Below, one piece after another: positions 4,733-13,886 of a stretch of DNA of 14,748 bases (the first letter of the stretch is position 1; every line of letters starts with the position of its first letter). Made by a program: the position numbers and the translations under genes. The notes under the pieces were generated by a model, which was not told the DNA's origin, ran no database searches, and worked only from the letters and a program-made list of their open reading frames with translations. The DNA is taken from NCBI GenBank assembly GCA_051382295.1, contig JBBCAW010000116.1, positions 1 to 14,748 of the forward strand, in the 5' to 3' direction. Origin of the DNA: Bdellovibrionota bacterium FG-1 (GTDB taxonomy: Bacteria; Bdellovibrionota; UBA1018).

Positions 4733-7700
4733 TTAAGGGCACGAACCCGACGTGCCTATATTAAACGTCCCTCGTGTAGCATTAAAGTTGGTGCAGACGT
4801 CACTATCCGTGAGCGCGCGATTGTAAACGCGAACTTGGCCGATGGAGCCGTAAAGATATTCGCCAGTATATGGTTTCACCCCCAAAAATAACGGCGTGGC
4901 TGAAACTGCCGCGCCCGGGGCGGAGCCTCGAGTGGCTTTTGTACCATTGACGTAAAGATACATATCTCCTGCTGTCCAGACCGCTACGATGTGTTGCCAG
5001 GTTGCATTCGTGGCGGTGACTCCTGGACACCAAAACGCGGCGCCGGTGGTCATACAAAACTTTGCGGTCCCGCCCTCGATTGAAAGATTGCGGTCGTACG
5101 TAGAATCTTCAGCAGAGAGAATTGTGACTCTTCCTGCTTGATTAGTCTGCTGTACCCAAACTTCCCAGCTGGTAGCGGGCATTTCGGCGGGGCTGACATA
5201 AAGGCTTGTTTGCAGATACTGATATTGGGGATTGCCAGTGAAGGTCAATCGATATGGATCTGCAGGAACCCCAGTCCCTCGCCATCCTGTGGTGCTGGAG
5301 GCGCATTTTTGGCCGTAGAATCTCGATCCATCTTGTACAGCGTTACTCACGTGTTGAATGTCCCACCAGACTTCGCTGTCGTAGTTACATCCTGCCGCAT
5401 AGGGCGCCTCCGTGCTGCTGGCGCGTGCGGCATCGAGTTCCAAAACAGGGGCCGTTTGGGCCGCAACAATCAGGGTCACTGCCGCGCTGGTCAGGCCGGC
5501 GCTTGTGGCGGATAAGATCGCAGTTTCGGTTCCCGCGTCCTTATAATAGATTGGAGTATTAATATATTGGTTGGTTGTATAATTTAAAGAAGAGATGCTC
5601 ACCGCGCATGAAGAATCCGAATAGAAACTGCCACCAGTGGCTGCGCCACTAAGTGTGATCGTTCGGTCTGTGCCGGCAATGGTGGCATCGCCGTAGGTAT
5701 TGAGTCCTTTGAGGGTCAAAGAAACGCAAGTGGAGTTGCTTCGAGGGGTCGCGACATTTCCTTGGGTGAGGCTAAGGATTTGGGCCGCTAACCCCACTCG
5801 ATCAGAGATGCAGCGGAACCCCCGCGCCGAGCTTTGAGCAGCTGATATTGCGGGGGTACGCGCGCTCCACCGGCCATCAAAGCCGTTAATTCCTGGGCCC
5901 CAGGCCGCGCCCAGGGCCGCAGAATACCTATACCATGCAGCCCAATGCTCAATGGTATCGATAGAGTCGCGGCCAAAAACGTCCACCACGCCAGGAGTCG
6001 TGGTATACCTGATGGCGTCAAAAGCCAGATAATCTGCATTTGTTACACATTGGCCAATGGGGACGTTGAACCATCCGTTAGCCCACCCATAAACAGAAAA
6101 AGTCGGGAAGCATGTGGTATTAAGTAACGACGGGGCTCCGTCATTAATAGAAATGTTATAAAAATCCGTGTTGGTAGGGTCGATGTTGCTTAAGAGGCCG
6201 CGCCTAGCCGTACCAAAGCCGTCTGTTTGTTTGTAAACTTGATCCGAAGTCCATTCTTCGATGTTTCCCACCGCGTCTTGGATACCATACCTAGAGATAC
6301 AATTTTTGGTGGCGAGGCTCCCCGTGCGTACGGCACCGCCGGCGACGTTACTTGTAGGAATCGTTTCAATATTTGTAGGGAGTAGGCCGAGCGCATTTGC
6401 CGTTAGATCTGAGGGGTAGTCCGAATTTTCATAAGTGAGTCCATAGCCTGCATTATTGTTACAATAATAATTGTCGTAGAGCGGGTATAGGGTCGTCACG
6501 GGGTTGCCGCCCGCATGAGACTGCTCCATTGCATTAATCCCAGGGTACGACCAGATGGAAACGGGCCAGACGCTGGCGGCCAGGTTTCGGCGAATACTGG
6601 GGAGTTTGTATTCGTTAGTGGTGGTGTTTCTCGCTACGCAAAAATTATGAGCAGTCTGCACTGCCACATTAACCAAAGGAGGGAGTCCTGGTTTATTTGA
6701 AGCCATCACCGCGCGCTCGGCTGCGGTCAGGCTTGCGCTATCTTGTCTGAGCCAAATGTTTCCTGCTCGCTTGTAGTAGCAGTATTGATTTGAGCGATCA
6801 TAATAAACATCCCCCGTGTTCCCCACGCCCGCCCCCGGCGCCACACCGGCTAACTTTGAGATTCGCCCAGAGGTGAAGTTACAACCCGCTTCAAAACGAT
6901 CGACAAAATGACTGCTCCCGATATCATAATAATAAGGATTAGCCATGTCAGTGCTGGAGGTAGGCCAGCTTGAGATACCTGCATCGTTTACGGCGGTTGG
7001 GGCTCGGTACGGGCAACGATAATTGTGTTCACGATCCACGGTGCGGGCCATGGTAGTACAAGTGTCGTAGTTCGCAAGCCAACGATGCACAAGGCTCATG
7101 TTCGCTGGAGGAACTGGCACAACGACTTCAGAGTCTGCGGCCGCAGTGGAGATCGCGGTGCTGCCTGCAATGGGCCTAATCACATAATAGTAAGTGACTC
7201 CTGCGGTGACGGTGGAGTCGGTATAAGTTCGCACTCCCGGATTTGTTTCGGCGAGCGGTGACGAAAAATTCTGTCCTCCGGAGCTTGTTGCCCTAAAAAT
7301 TCGATATCCTTGTAGACTTGAATTGGTTACGGTCATCGCGTTCCATTTTAGCTTAATGTAGCTACCATGCTCCATGGCTCGAATCGGGTCACCCACGGGC
7401 ACGATGTCCGCGCTCACTCTCGGTCCGAAGGCGCTGATCTCCGTCCAGCCATTATGAGTTGCGACTACGGCGAGGGTCGCGCTTTGAACTTCTTTGGTGT
7501 TGGAGTCTGGGATGTTATCACTTCTCAAGAGATTCACTCTGAGTCTGAAGGTCGTACTGGGTGTGAGATTGGTGAGGGTTACCGTACTGGCGGGGGCGAT
7601 GACGGTGGCAATAACTTCGAGGGAGGCGCCTGTAACATTGGTAATGATATAGGAGTTTGCGCCGGCGGCGCTGGTCCAGTTCACTTTGATCGTGTCGCCT

Positions 7701-9817
7701 GTTTCGTTACTGATTGAGACAATGCCTTTGAAAAAGACTTGGGTGGGTCCTGTGAGCCAATCACTGTTCAAAGATCCTCGCTGCGCACGTACCCGAAAAC
7801 GATAAACGTTGCCTTCGGTCAGGCCGCTCCATAAATACGTCGATTGGTTTGAGGCGCTGATCGTAGCACTATCTGCGCTGTCGGGAGCCGTAAAGGTCGC
7901 TGCGCACGCGGCGCCGGTGCAGCGTTGAACTTCAAAGCTCGTTTCACTGGTGGACTGATCAACCCAGTTGAGCTGAAAACCACCACCTCCGGTCACGGTA
8001 TCGGTGGTTTGAGACCAGGCAGTGGGAGCAGAAGGATTTGCGGTTCCCGTAAGGGCGACGCCCAATTGAAAAGGCGTATTGCCAGCGGCAAGACCATAGC
8101 TCAGAGTGAAACTGGCACTTTGCGCTTCGGGCAGAACGGGCGCAAACGCAAAGGTGATCGTGCAGGTCTGTGCCGGCAAGAGTTCCGCAGCACAGGTTTG
8201 AGAGTTAATGGCAAAGTGGGGACTGGAGCCCGCAATAGATCCGAGGGCGGCGATACTTTGGGAATTGTTTGTAACGGTGACCGCCGAAAGAGCTTGGGCA
8301 CCCACACCGACGTTCCCCATGTTCAGTGAAGTCGAATCAAGACTCAACATAGGCTCACCTGCGAAGTTTACGAAAACTCTAAATGTAGCAGAAGAAGATG
8401 AAGGCGTGCTCACTCCTTGTTCGGTGGCCGTAACTCTGAAACCAAAGAACTTGTTTCCATCTTGGTAACGAGGCGTCCAAGCAAAAACTCCGCTTGAAGC
8501 GCCAAAACTAAATACCTTGGCGGGAACGCCTGAGCAATTTTGTGAATAGGTTCCGGGCAGGAGTGGTTCGGTGGCCGCGGATTCGTAGCCACAAGTATAA
8601 ACGATCGCGTCGTCGTCTTCATCCACGTCTCCCAGATTGGTTCCGCTCGCAGAGGAGAGGAGTGAAAAATCTTTGTTGACCTCTGTGGCGCCCGCAATCA
8701 CCGCCGTCCCGGATGGATAAACTGTAGTGAGGCTCGAGGAGGGGGTGAGGTGCGGTGGGCGATTGGTATCCGCAATTTGAAACTCGATCGTCCGGGAGAG
8801 GGTCGATCCATTGATGCTACAGCGAACTTCAGCGGACGCCGTCCAATCTGAATGTCCGGCTCGATAAGGGACGGTGCAGTCTAGTTTTCCTGAAGAAACG
8901 CTGCAGCCGGCTCCGGCTCCGTCCAGCGTGCCCCAGAGGCTGTCACTTTGCGCCACGAGACTAAAGGCAGCGGTGTTGCCTACAGTGTCCGAACAATCCA
9001 GCGGGATAGAAACGGTTTCTCCTTCAGATAAGAATTGAGTTTCCACAGAGGAAAACACCCCTATGGAATCCGTAAAAAAAGTTTTGTCGTTGGTGTTCGT
9101 GTCCATTCCACCATTTTCATCTTCGACCCGAACCCGATAGGTATAAGCGGTTGCAGGCGTCAGGCCCGTGAGCGAGATATTGGTTGCATCTTCGGTGAGC
9201 GTTCTTAGGGGAAGTGCAGCGCCTAGCGTATTAATTTGGTAAACGATAAAGGCCTTGGCGCCCGTGGGGGCGGTCCAGCGAATTCTCGCGGAACTCGAGG
9301 TGATCTGATCAAAGGCGTCGATCCCCGCAAACGGCACGAGACCCTCGCCCTGGCCTGTGAGTTCTAAGGTGATCGTGTAGTTTGTCGTTTTATCCGCCGA
9401 TTTTCCGTAAATGACCGTAAAGAGGTTAGAGGTGTTTCCACTCTTTGTAGGTGCAAAAGTGACTTGCGCTTTGCACGTGGTCCCGGCGACCAGGGCGAGT
9501 GGTTGAATGGGGCAGTCGTGCGAAACGATTTCAAAAGCTGAATCCGTGTTCAAAATGCTTGAGACATAGACATCCTCGCTGCTTTCGTTATGGACTGTGA
9601 TGGTTTTTTCCGCAGAGGCGGCTTTGAGGGATTGGATCCCGAAATTTCGGACCTCAGCCGTGGCGGTCAGGCTCAGATACTGCGAAGAACCCGATAGAAC
9701 CTCAAGAAACTCGTCCATTTGTACGGGTTCGCAGGCACATAATCCAAGCGCACTGATCAGGGTTAGGCTCGCGAGGCTTCGAGATGAGCATGAGGTTATT
9801 CGGCGTCGAGCACGCAT
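4733..9817 (-). CDS. Giant surface lipoprotein/adhesin, 1694 aa: ASH-Ig, FN3, cadherin/He_PIG-like Ig, ASH-Ig, 3xFN3, FGE-sulfatase/CLec-fold domain, Ig-like, LamG
   Basis: Lipobox LCA-C (residue 29). ASH motifs NFG...TITVHN...C...C..QVTFAPT...LTGQG; FN3 motifs W...LTGLTPATAYTYRVR; DTNRPP; SGVFAWTP. CLec/FGE motifs PANM...VDRFE...PLVNV...AHNFC...KLPS...SRYGIQDAVGNIEEW...RGFRC. C-terminal LamG (SWEVWV...WQHIVAVW...LYVNG...GSIGQVRVYNRALT). AGAGG 6 nt before the ATG; overlaps the upstream paralog by 22 nt. Confidence 0.85.
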   Translation of the reverse strand: MRARRRITSCSSRSLASLTLISALGLCACEPVQMDEFLEVLSGSSQYLSLTATAEVRNFGIQSLKAASAEKTITVHNESSEDVYVSSILNTDSAFEIVSHDCPIQPLALVAGTTCKAQVTFAPTKSGNTSNLFTVIYGKSADKTTNYTITLELTGQGEGLVPFAGIDAFDQITSSSARIRWTAPTGAKAFIVYQINTLGAALPLRTLTEDATNISLTGLTPATAYTYRVRVEDENGGMDTNTNDKTFFTDSIGVFSSVETQFLSEGETVSIPLDCSDTVGNTAAFSLVAQSDSLWGTLDGAGAGCSVSSGKLDCTVPYRAGHSDWTASAEVRCSINGSTLSRTIEFQIADTNRPPHLTPSSSLTTVYPSGTAVIAGATEVNKDFSLLSSASGTNLGDVDEDDDAIVYTCGYESAATEPLLPGTYSQNCSGVPAKVFSFGASSGVFAWTPRYQDGNKFFGFRVTATEQGVSTPSSSSATFRVFVNFAGEPMLSLDSTSLNMGNVGVGAQALSAVTVTNNSQSIAALGSIAGSSPHFAINSQTCAAELLPAQTCTITFAFAPVLPEAQSASFTLSYGLAAGNTPFQLGVALTGTANPSAPTAWSQTTDTVTGGGGFQLNWVDQSTSETSFEVQRCTGAACAATFTAPDSADSATISASNQSTYLWSGLTEGNVYRFRVRAQRGSLNSDWLTGPTQVFFKGIVSISNETGDTIKVNWTSAAGANSYIITNVTGASLEVIATVIAPASTVTLTNLTPSTTFRLRVNLLRSDNIPDSNTKEVQSATLAVVATHNGWTEISAFGPRVSADIVPVGDPIRAMEHGSYIKLKWNAMTVTNSSLQGYRIFRATSSGGQNFSSPLAETNPGVRTYTDSTVTAGVTYYYVIRPIAGSTAISTAAADSEVVVPVPPANMSLVHRWLANYDTCTTMARTVDREHNYRCPYRAPTAVNDAGISSWPTSSTDMANPYYYDIGSSHFVDRFEAGCNFTSGRISKLAGVAPGAGVGNTGDVYYDRSNQYCYYKRAGNIWLRQDSASLTAAERAVMASNKPGLPPLVNVAVQTAHNFCVARNTTTNEYKLPSIRRNLAASVWPVSIWSYPGINAMEQSHAGGNPVTTLYPLYDNYYCNNNAGYGLTYENSDYPSDLTANALGLLPTNIETIPTSNVAGGAVRTGSLATKNCISRYGIQDAVGNIEEWTSDQVYKQTDGFGTARRGLLSNIDPTNTDFYNISINDGAPSLLNTTCFPTFSVYGWANGWFNVPIGQCVTNADYLAFDAIRYTTTPGVVDVFGRDSIDTIEHWAAWYRYSAALGAAWGPGINGFDGRWSARTPAISAAQSSARGFRCISDRVGLAAQILSLTQGNVATPRSNSTCVSLTLKGLNTYGDATIAGTDRTITLSGAATGGSFYSDSSCAVSISSLNYTTNQYINTPIYYKDAGTETAILSATSAGLTSAAVTLIVAAQTAPVLELDAARASSTEAPYAAGCNYDSEVWWDIQHVSNAVQDGSRFYGQKCASSTTGWRGTGVPADPYRLTFTGNPQYQYLQTSLYVSPAEMPATSWEVWVQQTNQAGRVTILSAEDSTYDRNLSIEGGTAKFCMTTGAAFWCPGVTATNATWQHIVAVWTAGDMYLYVNGTKATRGSAPGAAVSATPLFLGVKPYTGEYLYGSIGQVRVYNRALTDSDVCTNFNATRGTFNIGTSGSCP

Positions 9818-12800
9818 CTGAATCCTCTCTGGGCTGAAAATATAGTATCAACTCCGGTTGATGTGGCGGCCACAGACCATCGCCCGGCCGTTGTGCCGTT
9901 GTGAAGGTAGTATCCGCCCCCTCCTTCAAGTTCTCCTGAGGCTGCAAACCAAGTCCAGAAGCTCAGGTTATCGCCATGAAACCTGGCGGGATCAAACGAT
10001 CCCACGGCTCCCGATGCATTCACTGGGATGCTATCGAGTCCGGCAGGATCTGTCGTTTCGACCGGAAAGCCAATAGCAGGAAGAAACCGTGCAATGGTCG
10101 CAAAGGTCTTGATGCCGCTGCCGTTGGTAGCGCCCCCTATGTTTCCGAGTGAGGTTCCGTCTGTCTTCTTATCTGTGAGATCGGAGCTGATACGTTCCGC
10201 TCCGTTTCTGTAGTTTGTGGTGAAGGTAATGTCGCCATCGTTATAGCCTCCTACAGTTTTGATGTAAGAATCCGCAACTTGATCAGGCATGTTTCCAACC
10301 GCATCTTGCACCCCATAACGAGAGACACAGTTTCGAGTCGCGTAGCTCCCCGTGCGGACGGCCTTCCATCCATTGTCATTATAGCTCATTGTTGGTCCCG
10401 CCACTGAGCCAGGGGGGAGCGCGGCGCTCCCGGTACCCGGTAAGGCGTCCATCTTGTTAATGTCGGTTGTCGAACTGGGATACTCGGCGTCTTCAAAGGT
10501 CAGACCATGGCCGGCGGCATAAGAAGTATGGCAACGGCCCGTGGTGTTTAGGCTTGTTCCTGCAGTGTATTCGAGGGCAGTGATTTGAGCATCACTCAAA
10601 GAACTATCCCACGCCCCATAAACCACGTGCTCACGACGACTCGGGAGTCGTTTGGTCCCAAAGGGGGTGATGTTTGTCGAGGCGCAAAGCTGGGCCGACG
10701 GAGTCGAAAAAATTCTTGGAATCGGCGGCAGTCCTGGCGCATTTGAATAGACGAGCGCCTGCTCGGTATCCGAAAGAGTGGCGTTATCCGCTAATTTCCA
10801 AATTCCAGCTGATTTAATCCAGCAGGCTGCCGCGTAGCGGTCATAATACACATCACCCGTATTTGCGGCCGCGAGTACGGCTGCGGGCGGAGAGTGTGGT
10901 AGTGAACCGGCGGTGACGACGGAGTCCGGCACTCGCCCAATGCACCCGTAGGCATTACCACATTTGTTTCCACTTGCTGAATAAGTATAGTTACAACCTC
11001 CTTCGAAACGATCGACAAAAAGGTGTTTTGAAAAATCATAATAATAAGTCCCGTTGTCATTCACTGACGTCGGACCCGTGTAGGGACATCGATAGTTATT
11101 TGCGCGATCCGAAGTTCTCCCCATGAGACCGCAAATCTCCTGATTGGCCATCCAGCGATGGACGAGCGCCATATTGTCGGGTGGAACCATGACTTTGATT
11201 TCGCTGTCGGCGGCGAGGGTCGCGACTGCTGCTCCCGCAATCACGGGGCGCACCACATAATAGTAGGTTGTTTTCCCGGTCACGGTCGTGTCGGTGTAGG
11301 TCGTGGTCGATCCATTGACCGTCGTGCCCACCGGGGCGGCGGCGAAGTCCTGTCCGCTAGAAGAAGTCGCGCGATAGATCGCGTAGTATTGGAGCGAACC
11401 TCCGCCGACGGTCATCGCGTTCCAGGTTAAGGTCACGCGCGCCGAAGCGTCGAGGGCTCGAAGCGGATCATCGCTAGGAACCTGTACTGCGGCCACTCTC
11501 GCGCCCAAGGCTTGCACATGCGCCCAGCCCAGGTGGACTGCGGTAGCGTCGCTCGTGGTGGTGTTGCGATCATCGACATTCGTGTCGCCGATGCCATCGC
11601 CTCGCACCACATTGACGCGGAACTTGTAAAGCGTAAGCGCGGTCAGTCCCGTGAGCTGCACGGAACTTGCGGGGCCACTGACGTTGGAGATGACGACCGG
11701 AGTTCCCGTGATGACATTGGTGACGACGTAAGTGCCCGCATTTGCAATGGAGGTCCAGTTCAGCGTGACGCTATCGCTGATGGGGTTGGAGACGGTGGTG
11801 ATTCCGCCGAAGAGAACTTGCGTATCATCGGTGACCCAGGCGCTAGAAGTAGCGCCTCGAACCGCGCGGATTCTAAATCGATAGACGTTGCCTTCGGTCA
11901 AGCCCGCCCAGCCGACCGAAGTGGTGCTTGCCGTAGAGATTGTGAGCGTGGTGGCGGCGGTGAAAACAGTGGCGCAGGCCGCGCCGTCGCAGCGCTGGAT
12001 CTCCAGTCCACTTTCGACACTCGAGTTGTCGCTCCAGGAGAGCGTAAATGAAGTTCCCCCTGCGTCGGCAACCGCGTGGAAGTTTGAAGGCGCAGCCGGG
12101 CTTGTGTAGCCTATTAATGGTAACGAAGAGGTCGCATCCGTGACGCCGGTCTCAGAGCCATAAGTGAGCACCCCGGAACCGCTTTGCGATTCGCTGGTGG
12201 TCGGGGCGTATTGCAGGGTGATTTGGCAAGTTTGGGCGGGAAGCAGTGAACCGTTGCAGTCATGGGATACGAGAGAGAAGGGGGTGGCGATGCCGCTGAG
12301 TGCGCCCGCGATCACCGCGACGGTTTGCGAAGCGTTTGTGACGGTAGTGGAGAGTTGCGCGGTCGCGCCTGAGGCCACAGTTCCAAAATTCAAATTGCTC
12401 GGAGAGAAGGTGAGCATGGGAGACCCGGCGAAATTCACTTTTGCGATGAAGCTCGTTGAGGCACTGAGTGCGGGCGCGACGCCATTTTCCGTGGCGGTGA
12501 TTTGAAACGCAAAGTGTTTGTTGCCGTCCGCGTACCTCGGCTGCCAAATGAATGCCCCCGTGCTGGTATTAAAGGAGTAACTTGCGTTGGGCACTCCCGC
12601 ACAATCGGTAACGAAGGCTCCTTGCACATCCCCTTGGGCCGTGCCTGGTTGATATTTACACGAGTAGGTCAAGGAGTCGCCATCTTCATCCGTATCGCCG
12701 AGGGATGTATAGGTCGGGGCTGCGGTGACGCCATTGAAGTCGAGTGAAATCGTGCTGAGTCCGGCAAGAATTGCGGAGTTTGTCGGATATGAAGCGAGAT

Positions 12801-13878
12801 AACTAGCAACCGGGGCGAGCCGGGGTGCGCGATTGGAGTCGTTGAGTGTGAGGGAAACTGTTTGCTTGAGAGTCGAGCCGTTGATCAGACATTGGACTTC
12901 GACTTGCGCGCTCCAAGCGTCGTGGCTTGATTTATAGGGTACGACACATTGGAGTTGATAGCTATTTTCGATCGTGCAGCCTGCGCCGCCCGCCGCACCG
13001 GCAACCGAGTCGGACTGCTGAAGAATGCTCAAGGTAGAGGAATTAAATTCGGCATCGTGGCAATCCAGGTTGGTAAGCAGGGTGGCGCCCTCGGTGCCCC
13101 CGCTGAGATTGGGGGGTTCAAAAACGCCCAAGTCGTCAGTAGTGGCTTCGACTACTTTGGTGTTTTCATCCATGCCCCCGTAGTTGTCGTAGCCGTTCAC
13201 TCTAAATCGGTAGGGGGTTGAGGGCGAGAGTCCCGTGATCGTGATGCCCGTAGCGCTGCCTTCGGCCGTGGCGACGGGGAGTAAACTTTCGTCGCTCTCG
13301 ACGCGGTACACGACGAAGTTGCTGGCGTTTTCGACGGCGTTCCACTTGAGTTGCAGTGAAGTGGTGGTCACTTCTATGATTCGATCGATCCCGTCAAAAA
13401 CAATGGGGCTCGCCCCGACGCCCGTGAGTACCACGGAGGCGCTCGAATTACGTTCGGGGATGGAGGTGCCGAAGCTGACTACAATGGAAGTGCTCAGGTT
13501 GCCTGCCTCAGTGGGTTTGAAAACAACATTGAGGTCACAGTCTTTTTCCGGCGGAAACGGATTCGGCGAGGTGGGGCAGGTGGAACTTGTGATTTCAAAG
13601 TGGCTGCTCTCTTGCGTGATGGGTGAGAAGTACAAGTTGAAACCGCTGGCATTGGATAAATTGATGCGTTTCTCTGTCGTCGTCGAGCCCAGGAGCGTGA
13701 TGCCGAAATCCCGGTCAGAGAGTTGAAAGACGAGTGACTCATTGCCTTTGTCGGATGGCACCATGACGGTTGCGGCCTGTACGATTTCATCGACACCTGA
13801 ATCTGAATTACAGCCCAAGCCCATGCTGAGCAGTGCAAGCAGGATAAGGCAATGAGTGATGGAGTGCCGGGTGCCCAT
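9796..13878 (-). CDS. Giant surface lipoprotein/adhesin, 1360 aa: same Ig/FN3 stalk, ending in an FGE-sulfatase/CLec-fold domain
   Basis: Lipobox GLG-C (residue 23). Collinear with the 1694-aa protein domain by domain (DFG...NLSN...C...VVFKPT; FDGI...W...GLSPSTPYRFRV; DSNRAP; LNFG; GLTEGNVYRFR; VPPDNMALVHRWMAN; SRYGVQDAVGN). Ends RGFRCVLDAE, the typical terminal strand of FGE/Mtd-like CLec domains. Confidence 0.85.
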   Translation of the reverse strand: MGTRHSITHCLILLALLSMGLGCNSDSGVDEIVQAATVMVPSDKGNESLVFQLSDRDFGITLLGSTTTEKRINLSNASGFNLYFSPITQESSHFEITSSTCPTSPNPFPPEKDCDLNVVFKPTEAGNLSTSIVVSFGTSIPERNSSASVVLTGVGASPIVFDGIDRIIEVTTTSLQLKWNAVENASNFVVYRVESDESLLPVATAEGSATGITITGLSPSTPYRFRVNGYDNYGGMDENTKVVEATTDDLGVFEPPNLSGGTEGATLLTNLDCHDAEFNSSTLSILQQSDSVAGAAGGAGCTIENSYQLQCVVPYKSSHDAWSAQVEVQCLINGSTLKQTVSLTLNDSNRAPRLAPVASYLASYPTNSAILAGLSTISLDFNGVTAAPTYTSLGDTDEDGDSLTYSCKYQPGTAQGDVQGAFVTDCAGVPNASYSFNTSTGAFIWQPRYADGNKHFAFQITATENGVAPALSASTSFIAKVNFAGSPMLTFSPSNLNFGTVASGATAQLSTTVTNASQTVAVIAGALSGIATPFSLVSHDCNGSLLPAQTCQITLQYAPTTSESQSGSGVLTYGSETGVTDATSSLPLIGYTSPAAPSNFHAVADAGGTSFTLSWSDNSSVESGLEIQRCDGAACATVFTAATTLTISTASTTSVGWAGLTEGNVYRFRIRAVRGATSSAWVTDDTQVLFGGITTVSNPISDSVTLNWTSIANAGTYVVTNVITGTPVVISNVSGPASSVQLTGLTALTLYKFRVNVVRGDGIGDTNVDDRNTTTSDATAVHLGWAHVQALGARVAAVQVPSDDPLRALDASARVTLTWNAMTVGGGSLQYYAIYRATSSSGQDFAAAPVGTTVNGSTTTYTDTTVTGKTTYYYVVRPVIAGAAVATLAADSEIKVMVPPDNMALVHRWMANQEICGLMGRTSDRANNYRCPYTGPTSVNDNGTYYYDFSKHLFVDRFEGGCNYTYSASGNKCGNAYGCIGRVPDSVVTAGSLPHSPPAAVLAAANTGDVYYDRYAAACWIKSAGIWKLADNATLSDTEQALVYSNAPGLPPIPRIFSTPSAQLCASTNITPFGTKRLPSRREHVVYGAWDSSLSDAQITALEYTAGTSLNTTGRCHTSYAAGHGLTFEDAEYPSSTTDINKMDALPGTGSAALPPGSVAGPTMSYNDNGWKAVRTGSYATRNCVSRYGVQDAVGNMPDQVADSYIKTVGGYNDGDITFTTNYRNGAERISSDLTDKKTDGTSLGNIGGATNGSGIKTFATIARFLPAIGFPVETTDPAGLDSIPVNASGAVGSFDPARFHGDNLSFWTWFAASGELEGGGGYYLHNGTTAGRWSVAATSTGVDTIFSAQRGFRCVLDAE

Positions 13879-13886
13879 ATTTAATT

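Noticed and set aside
5800..11190. Active formylglycine-generating enzyme, or a complete DGR cassette
   Set aside because: The catalytic Cys motif of FGE is absent. No RT, Avd or adenine-variant template repeat is visible, and the two tips are too divergent to be a TR/VR pair.
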